64,000 nt of DNA from the human T2T-CHM13v2.0 reference genome, Homo sapiens: NCBI RefSeq assembly GCF_009914755.1, contig NC_060930.1; one strand, written 5' to 3'. The notes under the pieces are model-generated. The model was not told the origin of the DNA, ran no database searches, and saw only the letters and a list, made by a program, of their open reading frames with translations. The translations under genes and the position numbers were made by a program. Shown piece after piece: positions 29,070 to 42,660 of the stretch. Numbering within the stretch: the first letter of the stretch is position 1; every line of letters starts with the position of its first letter.

Positions 29070-29982
29070 AAATTCCTACAAAGAATTTCTGAAAGTCAAA
29101 ATTCATACAGTAAATGGCAATTCTGCCAATTTCTGTCAGACCCAGTCAGACACCCGAGGCCTCCCTACAGGACCCCGTCCTGTTTCTGTCACGACATCCA
29201 CTCTTGCCAGTGACTTGTCAGCCACTGCAAACCCCAAAAGGTCATATTCTCTTCCCCAGCACTCACAGCATAAACTAACCCTTGGTAGTGAGCCCAGGGT
29301 CATGTGTTCTCACAGCACACACTAGCCCTGGGTTTGAAAGCCAAAAAGATCAGGAGGTAGAGGGTGTGGGGGCGGCAGCTCAGTGCACAGTTAGCTCTGG
29401 GAGGAGAGGAATTTACAACCCTCAGGGCTCCATGAGGAAGACAGGAGACCTCAAAAGGGGTCAGCAGCGCCTCTCCTCATTCCTCAGAGGGTCTCAGGAG
29501 TTGTCAGTAGTGTGCTTTGGGTCCTTTGTGGTCACCAGATACTGTCAAAAGACGCAATTACAACAAATTTAGTTTCAAGATCCTAACTGGCTTTTCTTTG
29601 CAATTCTAGAATCAGGCAACACTTCATGGTACACTATAGAATATGCTATACAGCAGAGGACTTTGGCTTTCCAGACAGAAAAGGGGTGAGGAAAGCAGTA
29701 TCAGAGAACAAAACGCGCACTGGTCCTTTCAAAGTTACTTTCCTTGTAAAGATTCAAGCAGAAGGAACTTCCTTACTGTGCCAGCTAAAACTGGCCTGTT
29801 TGGGAAATTGCTATTATCTCTCTCTCTCTCTCTCCTGATTTTTCAGAAGGTCAGATAAACAATGTAGTTTTGGCTTGGTGGCATGAAACTTCAGCATGAG
29901 TCATTCCATTTTGGTTTGGTCTCTCAGGCCTAGTGCAGGAGCTCAGTCCAAACCAATGGCTTCCAGTAAATGTTATTTAACA
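29070..29982 (-). mobile_element. ERV1 proviral 5' remnant: MER31-like LTR (29543-29982), PBS and ~470 bp of leader
   Basis: Minus strand TGTTAAATAA…ggactgagctcctgcactaggcc…TTTGACA, then gtatc TGGTGACCACAAAGGACC (decayed tRNA-Arg-type PBS, 29520-29537). Confidence 0.75.
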
Positions 29983-30447
29983 GTTCCAAGTTCTTGGAGA
30001 AGGGAAGGGAGGAAATTTTTCAGAATAGTGTGGCTATAACCACTGGGCGAATGAATGCCTTCAACTACATAAGAGCCTTTTAACTGGTCTTCCTCTAGAG
30101 TGAGCCTGCCCCAAAGCATCCTATATGCCACTGCCAAATCTTCCAAAAACATTACTAAGATAATTTTTAATGGTTTCCCATGGCCTCCCAATGTCATAAT
30201 CTGTCCTCTAGCCATCCTTCTAGACTTATTCCCACATGACAACTTCTGTGCCAGTAAACATGGTCTAGCCGATGTCAGGGAAATGCAGCCTGAACTGCTT
30301 CCTTGTTGTGTCTTGATTCATGCCATCCTTCCTCCTTGAAAACTGGAAAATGTACCTGTCTTTCAAGAAAGCTCAGATTACACTTCTTTTGAAATTTCCT
30401 GATTATTCCAATTGCAAGCAACAACTATCTGTGAAAAAAACAATTGT

Positions 30448-30612
30448 CAGGGCCAGTGTCATGGGCCTATACAGTTCACAGGGCCTCAAGAATAAAAGGC
30501 CCCATACTTAGTTTACTTCTCTTCTGCTGTCTTGAAATTCTCAATAATTTTTCAGTGAGGGGCCCTGCATTTTCATTATGCTGTGGCCCCACAAATTATG
30601 CAGCCAGTCCTG
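30448..30612 (+). mobile_element. MER91A-like hAT-Tip100 element
   Basis: CAGGGCC…GTCCTG termini, gtcttgaaattctcaataatttt core, degenerate 8-bp TSD ACAATTGT/ATAACTGT. Confidence 0.8.
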
Positions 30613-31151
30613 ATAACTGTCCCCTGAGGAAAGAACTTGTATCCCTATCTTAAGTGATTTGGGCTGCTCAGATCACGGATATCCAATTCCTCACAGAGTC
30701 AGTAACCATGGTACAAAAATATTCACTTCCTCTCCATTTCTGTCTAGTCAATCTATTGAATATCAGGCCAGTTTTATGCAAGAGATCAGTAGGTCCTTAA
30801 TCCCCCCTTTCTCCCCAGTACAATTATATTTTCAAAAGAATATGCTAACTTAGTCTGTAATTGCCAAGTTTCAGTGAAGGCTTGGAGGCTGGGTCTGATT
30901 GCAAGGCTGGCCCTGGGGTTGGTGTGCTGGAGTTTGAGGCAGGAGCAGTGCGGTTTGACTGATTTCCCTAAATTGTTTTGCTTTTCTCTGCTTTTTCTCC
31001 TTCTTTATTTCCGTAACCACAGGTTCTCTAAAACACAGGTGTTTCTCTTTTCTCCCAGTGGTTCTCGTCACCACAATAGAAGAGTTTTGTTTTCAGGAAG
31101 GAGCAGAGGACACTAAGTAAGAGTGAAGAGCCAGCCAGGGCTGTCTGTGGG

Positions 31152-31443
31152 TTTTTTTTTTTTAGACAGCGTATCACTCTGTTGCCCAGACTGGAGTGCA
31201 GTGGCCTGATCTTGGCTCACTGCAGCCTCGGATTCCTGGGCTCAAGCAATCCTCCCACCTCCCACCTCAGCCTCCCAAGTGGCTGGGACTCCAGGCACAT
31301 GCCACCACGCCTAGCTAATTTTTATTTTTTGTAGAGACAGGGTCTTACTGTGTTGCTCAGGCTGGTCTTGAACTCCTGGACTCAAACAATACTCCCAACT
31401 CCCAAAGTGTCGGGATAATGGGCATGAGCTACCACACCTGGCC
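31152..31443 (-). mobile_element. Alu (AluJ)
   Basis: Reverse dimer; TSD-like cagggct(g/c)tct. Confidence 0.9.
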
Positions 31444-31609
31444 CAGGGCTCTCTTAGGGTGTTAAGAGGAAGGTTTTCTTTTTCTCATGAGATTTTAAGT
31501 TCTAGGAGCACAAAATGCGTTTTTCATGACTGAGCTTATCTCCTATAGCACTTTGCACATTGTAGGCTCTCAATAGATAGCTTAGGCGTGAAATAAGAAG
31601 CAGCTAATA

Positions 31610-31967
31610 CACATATACACCATGGAACACGATGCAGCCATAAAAACGGATGAGTTCATGTCCTTTGCAGGGACATGGATGAAGCTGGAAACCATCATTC
31701 TCAGCAAACTAGCACAGGAACAGAAAACCAAACACCTCATGTTCTCACTCATAAGTGGGAGGTGAACAATGAGAACCCATGGACACAGGGAGGGGACCAT
31801 CACACACCAGGGCCTGTCGGCGGGTGGAGGGCTAGGGGAGGGAGAAATACCTAATGTAGGTGACGGGTTGATGGATGCAGCGAACCACCATGGCACGTGT
31901 ATACCTATGTAACAAACCTGCACATTCTGCACATGTATCCCAGAACTTAAAGTATAATAATAAAAAA
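31610..31967 (+). mobile_element. 5'-truncated L1PA 3' end with 15-bp TSD AAG(A/C)AGCAGCTAATA
   Basis: gatgagttcatgtcctttgcagggacatggatgaagctggaaacc…cccagaacttaaagtataataa plus A tail. Confidence 0.95.
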
Positions 31968-32784
31968 AAGCAGCAGCTAATAGACCACACCAGCCATGAG
32001 AGGAACCCCTGCCTCCTAAACTCCTCGAGTGCCAAGCACCAGGCCAGGGCTCTTGTGTGTATCCCTCCAGTCAATGAACACACAATTGCCCCCTGAAAAC
32101 CGCCCCTTTGCTATGCAAATATTGACACGGGAGGTAACGGGTAGATCATAACTATTTATAAGAACCATCTGTGTTTCTAAACAGTCATGTACTTAATATT
32201 TTTTAAATTAAGCTAGAATTTCTAAAGAGTATAACAATAAACTTGTTACCTGTTTTGAAACTAATGCAGAGTTTGTATTTACTGGAATTGTGAGCTTTAT
32301 GCACTTGTTTACTAAAAAGGATATTTTGCATTTTGACATTTTCTTACTTCATCAAAAGCTTTAATGATTTTAAAAAGCAGAAAAGTTACTGATGTGCCTG
32401 GAAAAATCCTGAGAAACTATAGTTAGGAACATTCTCTAGACATGGAAAAGAAGAGATGAAATACACCAAGGGACTGAAATGAAATACAGTGGGGTAAAAG
32501 ATAGAGGATATTGAGGAACGAAATGAATGACTGGAAAGAAAAAGAAGAAAGGAATGCCACAGGAGTGAGCAAATACAGGTACTGGGTGTGATCAATACTC
32601 TGTAGTCATTGGAAAACAGCATCTTGGGAAATTTGTTACAGAACTGAGAACTGCAAGAAGATATTGGCCACCACCACCATGAAGCCCAGCACATCGTTAT
32701 AATAACTATTAAGATCTGTTAGAACTTCCTGCTACTCCAGTTAATCACGGACTCTTCAGAACAAACCCAGGGCAACACTGCTAT

Positions 32785-33142
32785 GCTATTGACTGAATGT
32801 TTGTGTCCTCCTTAAATTCAGATGTTGAAATCCTAACCCCTAATGTAATGGTATTTGGAAGTGAGGACTTTGGGAGGTGATCAGGTCATGAGGACAGAGC
32901 TCTCATGATTGGAGTTATGCCTTATAAAAGAGATCCCACCGCGCTTGTTCACCCTTCCACCATGTGAGGACATAGCGAGAAGATGGCTGTCCATGAACCA
33001 GGGGGCACTCACCAGACACTGAATCTGCTGGTGCCTTGATGTTGGACTTTTCAGCCTCCAGAACTGTGAGAAATAAACATTTGTTGTTAATAAGCCACCC
33101 AGTCTATGGTATTCTGTTATAGCAGCCTGAACAGACAAGACA
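32785..33142 (+). mobile_element. MLT1A-type MaLR LTR
   Basis: ctgaatgtttgtgtcctcc…cagcctccagaactgtgagaaataaa…atagcagcctgaacaga. Confidence 0.85.
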
Positions 33143-33507
33143 GACATTGGTACTGAGGATCAAGATGAAAGTACCTGCTCAAGTTCACACAGGTGACAAG
33201 CAGCAGAAGTGAGTTTCAAGCCAAGGATGCCTGATGCCACGACCAAGGCCATCTCTTCAGCACTCAGCACTCAGCAGTGGGTGGGCTTTCTGATGAAAGC
33301 CCTGGGGAAGGAGAACAGGACTCACAAGGGATGGAGGATGTAATTTGCAGTGTCTGGCTCTAAATCATGGCGGTCACAGCAAATGTCCTGTACTTGTATT
33401 TAGCAAGCACTGTCATTAGAGTTGCCTTCCATAAAGCAAGGATATGAGAGTGTGTCAGTGTGTGCTGGCATGTTATGTGGGGCTTTTAGCATTAAAAGTA
33501 GCACTTG

Positions 33508-33971
<464 letters not shown>

Positions 33972-33983
33972 CTCTATAGTTTG

Positions 33984-34462
33984 TGTATTAGTCAGGGTTC
34001 TCTAGAGGGGACAGAACTAATAGGATATATACACAAACACACACACACACATATATATATATATACATATATATATGAGTTTTTTAAGTATTAACACACA
34101 TGATCACAAGGTCGCACAATAGGCCATCTGCAAGCTGAGGAGCTAGGAGAGCCAGTCTGAGTCCCAAAACTGAAGAACTTGAAGTCTGATGTTCAAAGGC
34201 AGGAAGCATCCAACACAGGAGAAAGATGTAGGCTGGGAGGCTAGGCCAGTCTATTCTTTTCACGTTTTTCTGCCTGCTTTATATTCTAGCTGTGCTGGCA
34301 GCTGATTAGATGGTGTCCACCCAGATTAAGGGTGGGTCTGCCTTCCCCAACCCAGTGACTCAAATATTAATCTCCTTCGTCAACAGGCTCACAGACACAC
34401 CCAGAATCAATACTTTGCATCTTTCGATCCAATCAAGTTGACACTCAGTTTTAACCATCACA
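33984..34462 (-). mobile_element. MLT2A1/A2 (HERV-L) solo LTR, TSD GTTTG
   Basis: tgtattagtcagggttctctagagg…caagttgacactcagttttaaccatcaca; GTTTG on both sides; internal (CA)n(TA)n. Confidence 0.92.
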
Positions 34463-36109
34463 GTTTGTAACTTGAGCAATGACACATGAACTAGCAAAAT
34501 GTCCTATATCCACTGTTACTTCTTTGTGCCCAATCACTGAATGCCAGTACGTCTCCAAGGACTCACGCCAGCCTGTCCTTAACAGGTCAAAGAATTAAAA
34601 CAATATCCTAGGGCAAAGTTTCATGAGACACCAGGGATCCTACAGGCTGGGACTTCATTTGGGAAGCCAACTGGTGAGCCAATCTTCTCTTGCTGCCCTC
34701 ACCTCACAGCTCAGTCCTTCTGGGAGTCGGAACTACCCAAACTCAGCAAACAGTCTAGTATAGAACCTTGAGCAAACGGTTCCTGTTCCAGCCTAACACC
34801 GCCTGCTGCTGCCACCTCTGCCATCCATGCAGCCTCCCTAGCCTCCAGTCTCTCTCTGCCCATGCCAACTGTCCCTTCCTGGACTGCTCAGGTCCTAGCA
34901 GTCAGATTTCTGCTCAATTTCTAGTTCTGGACACTATGTCCCGTTACTGTTTACGGCTCTGTGTCTCCCAGACGATGGAGAAAGAAATGTGACTTAGTCA
35001 AAATGGAACAAAAATGAAAACCAACCAATCAGCTAACCAACTAAAACAAACACAATTTTAAAACCATACACTTTTCATACATACATTCAGCTAGTCTAAT
35101 GCCAAGGGGAAACCTTATAGGAAAAAAACCTCTCCTGCTTCTCTTTATTCCTATAAAGATTCTTCAGAGCACTTATAAAAGCACCTGGAACATTAGACAT
35201 TTATTTGTAGTTTATTGTCTTCCCCCACCCTCTACAGATTGTTAAGTTCTAAGAGAGCAGGGACTTTTGTCTCCCTCACCTGTAACAGCATCCAGTCCAA
35301 GGTGAGGACGTCATACATTTATTAGGATTGGAATGGCACCAGCTGCACTCCTTTCCACGTTTATTTTCAAGGTCACCCCGAGGTTTTCTTTAACCTCATT
35401 AAATTCATGCCCTAAAGTGAGAGGAGGTATCCCCTTGTGCCAGACCCAGGCTGACTCTGTATTGTTACACATTATTCTCATCCTCCGATCCTTACATTAG
35501 GTGACCATCACACATTTTCACTCCGTTCCACATTAGTTCCCATAGTTGCACTTTCCCATGCTAGTTTCCCATTAGTTGACCAAGCATTTAGTTGGGCTCT
35601 GAGCTCTTAAAAACCAAAGGAGAATCTAATTTTGAATAAAAACACCTGGCCATACTGAACAAACGCAGGGAAGAGGTGGTGGTCATTATTTTCCTGTCCC
35701 CCCAGCTGTGTGGCTGGACGAAGCTTCCTGTGAATCCTAATCACTTTACCTCCTGTGGCATGATTCAAAAAAAAAAAAAAAAGCAGCTAGAATACAAAGC
35801 CTAAACAGAGTGGCTCTGTTGCTCTGCCTCCAGGTCTTTTTCTTTTGAAAGTGCAATCTAATAATAACCAAACGCAGTCTGCAAATGCAAATCCAATTGC
35901 TTAACTAATTGTGTTCTCACCCCTGGAGTAATGGAAGTTCATGCTGTAGAAGAAAATCTGAACTTAGCATGGCCCAGGGTTCTGGGTTCTGGGTTCTAAA
36001 GGCAGGCCTGCGTAGAGAATCAACTCTAAGGGAGCTCGCTCAAAGGATGGAGGTGGACAGAAGAGAGATATGCATGGGTGATCAAGTGGGAGCAGAAGAC
36101 AAACGCCAC

Positions 36110-36449
<340 letters not shown>

Positions 36450-36629
36450 CTATAACATTCATGAAGTAATGTTGATTTTGACTGACGTATATAAAAATAA
36501 AACTCCTAAGTTTAGCAGTATTTACTGGAGATATACTACCCAATTCATTTCTAAAAATGTGAAAAAGATTTTAGTTATGTTCAAGATCCCTTTGGTGTGG
36601 CTTATTGTGAAAGTGCACATGTTTATCTC

Positions 36630-36917
<288 letters not shown>

Positions 36918-38970
36918 ATGTTTATCTCTTTTTATGTACTTTTTCATTTGTTTTTCACAGTCTTGCTCTTTTTAAAACAACAACAAAAAACTTCTAGAAA
37001 TGAGGTCTCACTATGTTGCCCAGGCTGGTGTTGAACACCTGGGCTTAAGCAATCCTTCCACCTTAGCCCTCCACCATTACTTCTAAAAAATAAAACCAGG
37101 GTTATGAAATTGTTCTGGTGGGAAAAGCTTGAAGTCTCTAGTCTTCTTGCTTTCATGGTGCTGGGTGCCCAGGATGACTATTTGCATAGGATTTGCCAGA
37201 TGAGCATGTGGAAAGGCCTGTCTTCACAGGTGTGCCCCTAACTTTGCACCTTCCTATCAAGGGATGCATTGTTGAACGGCTGCAGAGAGAGCTGTACCCA
37301 GCCTTCACATTTAAAAGAATATGGAAAACTCATTACTTATGACATTGCCTGAGTTCAAATCCTGGCTTTTCCACATACTAGTGTGTGCTCTTAGCCAAGT
37401 TATTTCTTCCATTGTTTATTAAAATATAACTGCTGTTTTTAAATGAAGTCATACATACACATGGTCAAAAACTCTGAAAACAGGATCTGGCGAATCTTTC
37501 TCAGAAATTTTCTAGGAATGTGTCACATATTTCCTTTTTTTTTTTTTACATAAATGTACCATACATAATGTTCTTTTTATCTTTCTTAACACCTCTTAGA
37601 ATATTATCATTTTCTTACGGGCTTCCTAGTATTTTGTTTGAATGGATGTATCTTATTTACTGAAACAGTCCTGTTAACAAACACATAGGTTGCCTTCTGG
37701 TTGGAGTTATTACAGAACAATCTTTGATGAACATCTTTGAACACTTGTACAAGTGTTTGACAGGATAAATTCCTAGGAAGGCTGCTGGGTCCAAGGCTAC
37801 AGTCATTTTCGATTTGAATAAGTATTACCAAATGGGCAAGTTATTTAAGTGATCCCTGAGTCGCTCTTCTTTGTAAACAGTGGACAATAATGAGTTTCTC
37901 AAATGTTTCTTATAAGGATTAAATGAGATGGGGATGTGGAAGCCTAGTATACAGCAAGCAGGCCGTCAATGAATGTTGGCCTCCCAATATTTTTTTTTAC
38001 GGAGAAAGACAACTATTTATGCATATTATGATGACTATAGCTTAACCATGAGCTCAACAAACACAAAAATTCACAGAAAATTCTGCAATACCGTATCTAT
38101 TTTAAACCCCATTATTGAATATAACTAGTGAAATCTCAGGTCAAATAGAATGTATTTAAGAAGACACAAACTTGACATTAAACACCAGAGATTTACATTT
38201 GATAGTTGTCTCTTCTTACAAATATATCCCTCATAATAATAAAAAAGCACTCCACTAGTATGCCAATTAAGACACATCTTCCAGTCGTGTTTTGTCCTTG
38301 AGTGAAAAATCTTGCTGCTCAATTCAAGTCATTCGTTTATTCATAACACCCATATATATATCTCCAACTCTGGAAAGAAACACTGACAGAAAGATGGAAA
38401 ATTTTAGAGACCTCGTTTCCACTTCAGAGAGCCTGTTGTCCCCCAAACCTCTCGGGCCCTCCGGTATTTTTAAGCTTATCAAGATTCCAGAATGAGGTTA
38501 ACGGGGCGTCACAGAACGAAACCCCCCACCGTCCCGTCCCAGGGGCTCCAAGCCAGGACCCCGGCCTGAGGGAGCCTCCGGGCAGGAGGAAGAGGCCCAG
38601 GAAGCCATCGCTCCGCTCCTTCCCAGCTGTTTATGTGGTACTCAGGGTACTCGGCCAAGGGCACGGCGACCCCGCAACACCCCAGGCGTGGGGCAAAGAC
38701 AGCGGGGTTGCGGGGCTCCTGTCTGCCCGGGGCGTCGAGAGTTCCTGCCGCCCCCTCCCGCCTCATGCACGGAAAGCGCCGAGCCACGGCGTGCGGCGCC
38801 GGCCGAGCGTGAACCGGAGTCGGGGTTCGGCTCCCCCGAGCGGCTCTGTGGGCCGCGGATCGCTTCCCCTGGGGCGGCCACGCAGGGTTGCGGGCCATGG
38901 CCTGGGGCGCCCGTCCGGACCCCGCCGCTGCGCGGGACGCCGCTCCCAGCCTCGACCAAGGGCGCCCGGG

Positions 38971-38993
38971 GGCGGCGGCGGCGGCGGCGGCGG
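38971..38993 (+). repeat. (GGC)7 trinucleotide repeat in promoter
   Basis: ggcggcggcggcggcggcggcgg read directly. Confidence 0.95.
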
Positions 38994-39179
38994 TGACTGC
39001 CCGGGGCGGCGGCGCGGCGCGGGGGCGGCCAGGAGGCGAGGAGGCCGGGCCGCGGCCGAGGGCCCAGGGCGCGCTTCCGCCGGGCGTCGCGCGCGCCGCG
39101 GTAAATGGGAGGCTCGGCCGACAGGGGCGGGGGCCGCGCAGCCGGGGACTTTCAGGAACTGCAGGAGCGTGCGGCGCGG

Positions 39180-39366
39180 GAGTAGCCGAGCGCCCAGCGG
39201 CTGGGCCTGAGCGTCGAGACTCGGGGCCGAGGCGGAGGAGCGGCCGCCGCGCCGGGGCCCAGCCGGAGCCGCCGCCCTCGCCCTTGCCTTTGCCTGCGCG
39301 GCTCAGAATCACCATCCGCGGCGCGGGAGACGAGCCGGCCGTCCCGGGCCGGGGGACCCGCCCGCC
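39180..39366 (+). other. SNX9: 5' UTR part of exon 1 (TSS approximate)
   Basis: GC-rich, ATG-free stretch just upstream of the Kozak ATG and downstream of GC-box/kB-like motifs. The TSS cannot be fixed from sequence alone. Confidence 0.6.
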
Positions 39367-39378
39367 ATGGCCACCAAG
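39367..39378 (+). CDS. SNX9: First coding segment (exon 1; Met-Ala-Thr-Lys) of sorting nexin 9; remaining exons lie beyond the window
   Basis: Strong Kozak context (cccgccATGG), codons ATG GCC ACC AAG, then phase-0 donor AAG|GTGAGG, inside a CpG island. The MATK N-terminus and the 5' UTR (…ggctcagaatcaccatccgcgg…) match SNX9 as I recall it. Only 4 codons are visible, so gene identity rests partly on recall. Confidence 0.85.
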
Positions 39379-40767
39379 GTGAGGGGCGCGCGGCGCAGGC
39401 CGGGCCGGTCGCTCAGGCCCGGGGCGGCGCGGAGAGGGTCGGGGCCGGGGCCGCGGGGAGGGTCGGGGCCAGGGGTGGTCGAGGGGCCACTCCGCTTCCT
39501 CGGTGGAGTCCCCGGGCGGGTCCGCGGCCCAGCCAGTCCCTTCTGGGCATGGGTGCGGCGGGCAGTGCAGACAGACCACCAGGATCGCACCGGGGGACGG
39601 CGTCGGGTCTGGGCGCGGGTTGGGACCCCGGGCGCAGCGAGGTTTGGGAAGTTTGCACCTGAGCGTGGGCTGCGGCGGGCTCGCCGGGAGGGGCCGCGGG
39701 ACGGAAACTTCCCGCAGCCCGGGGAGGCCCCCGAGGCGACTGGCGCTCTGTGGCGTCCGGCGTCCCCGCCGCCCCCACGTCCCCTCCCGCTGCCGCCTGG
39801 GGGACCCTCGCCCCCGCGGGGCGGGTGGGGGTCGAGACCTCGGCGGAGAGGACGCGGCGCTTCCCGTCCCGGCCTGCGGGGGCTCGCGGCCGGGGAGGGA
39901 CCGAGGCTGGGACGCCCCGCGCCCCTTTGCCTTCGCTGCTGTTATTTTTTTCTTTTGTTTTGCTACCTTTTCATTGTGAATGGCATTGCCGGCATGAATA
40001 AAATATCAAGAGGGAAATGACTGTGCTTTCGATTACGTGTTTGCCTGAAAAAAGGCCCAGGCCCGAATTACGTGGTGGAACTTTGACTCCTGCTTCGTCA
40101 TTGGCTAGGAGCGGTGGTTTGCTTGTTTTACGTTATTGTTTATGAAATTAGCAGTCACTCTTGGCTACCTGAATTTTCAAAAGCCACCCTCCCCCGCTCC
40201 TTTTCCTTGGGCGTTTTCAGTAGTTACTTGATGTAGAATAGCCACTGGGGAAGTCACGGTCACGGAAGGGAGGACCTGGGGGAGGAGGCTCTATACCTGA
40301 GCCATTAACTGATCTGTGATACACTGTGAGGAGTGGGTTTACTTTTGCACTTAGTTTTTGTAATGTCACTTTGTTAGCATCAGCACCCCTTTGTCTATTT
40401 GTTTTTGAGATCTCTGAGCTACTTTTGGGTTGCTAGAAACGTTATTTTTTATTTTTCGATAGGTGTTTGCTTTTTTTGTGGAGTGTTAAGGTAGAAAATG
40501 GTAAGAAATGTGAAATCTCTTTGAAAGATCAGCATTGCTTGACTTCGGTCTGCTAGATGTTGTGCTGTGGTAAATTTTGTGCTCTGAATCCATCTAGGTG
40601 CAGCGTTTGTAGAGAAATGGGGATTCTCCTCCAGGGAACCTGTTGCTGCTGTTACTGAAATAATTACCTTCTTGTTAATATATTATTGCCTGTGCTGTGC
40701 TTTGGTTTTATTAATGCGATAGAACTTGCCACCTTTTTAACGTATTAATTTTGTGTTGACCTTTTTA

Positions 40768-41252
<485 letters not shown>

Positions 41253-42150
41253 TCAGTGTGTTTTTACACTCTGGTCTACTGAGGCATGTTATCTGTACTG
41301 TCCTTTAAGTGGAATGCAGTTTAGCAACTAGTGCAGGTATATGTAGTGAAATTTTTATTTCATAGTTAATCCTGAACTTAATTTTTTTCCAAAAAATCGA
41401 AAAGTGGTTCTTGTATATTAATCTTGAATTGCATGTGTCTTTGATTAAACACGAGCCTTAAAGCATGCGTAAGGACTTCCTACTTCGTTATCTACACCAC
41501 TCCAAAGGCAAATTCCAGTAGTTCTGTTAGTTTCTTTCGGCTGCCTAATCACTGTTCCACATGGTGCTCATTTCCATGTTTACATTGTGACAAACCATTT
41601 CCATTTTAAGAAAAAGAAGAGCAACGAAGCAGTTATTAAAAGAAGACCCTTCCTTTGTTTTCTGACATGCTGGTGATTCTTGTGTCAAACCAAAGTCTCA
41701 TTTTTTAATTGTTCCCAGAGAGTCAAGTTGGTGCTTTCCTCCCTTCCCCCATATGCACACTCCTTCCCCACACCTGAGTAGTTGTGTTTTTTCTTTGTCT
41801 TCTTCAAGGGGTGGGGAGAATGTGCTTAGTAGTAATGACTAACTTTTAATAAAAATGTAGGCTCCAGTGGCACTCAGGCTGTTGCTATAAGTATTAACTG
41901 ATGAAAAGTAAATTCAGTATCTGGATATTTTAAGGGATGTCGATTTCCCTTTGAATTTATCAGAGACTTGGCTATAGTATCTTCAGATACAATTTTCTTG
42001 TTTGTTCTTACGTATTAAGGATGTGGTTATCACTGAACTATTGGGATTTTTAAAAACTCCACTACTATATTTTACAATAAAAAAGGAAATTATCTTTTAG
42101 AAGAAGAACTTTAGTTTGACAGTCCTTCACTGCTAAAGAAAGTTAATCAG

Positions 42151-42476
<326 letters not shown>

Positions 42477-42660
42477 TTAAGGGGATTATCTATTTTCTAT
42501 TTCTACTCCTTACTCAGTAGAGTGCTGCATTCAGTTTAAGTGTATACACTCACTCAGTGCAATCAAGTCTTGTTTTACAAATATTAATACAAAAGCTGCA
42601 GAGCATTTTAGTCTTGACCTTTATTGGAAGCCTCCAAAGGTTATATTTCGACCCAGCCAA

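Larger units (their letters stand above)
38500..39935. promoter_or_regulatory. CpG island / TATA-less promoter
   Basis: Abrupt switch to very high GC with dense CpG. GC box GGGGCGGGG at 39124-39132, ETS-like CTTCCG near 39075, kB-like GGGGACTTTCA at 39144-39154. Confidence 0.95.

Noticed and set aside
35964-35975. ttagcatggccc, matching 12 nt of U6 snRNA
   Set aside because: The flanks do not match U6; a chance match.
38509-39778. 356-aa and other long antisense ORFs across the CpG island
   Set aside because: Low-complexity Pro/Arg/Ala/Gly products expected from stop-poor GC-rich DNA; most start at non-ATG codons and no domain is recognisable.
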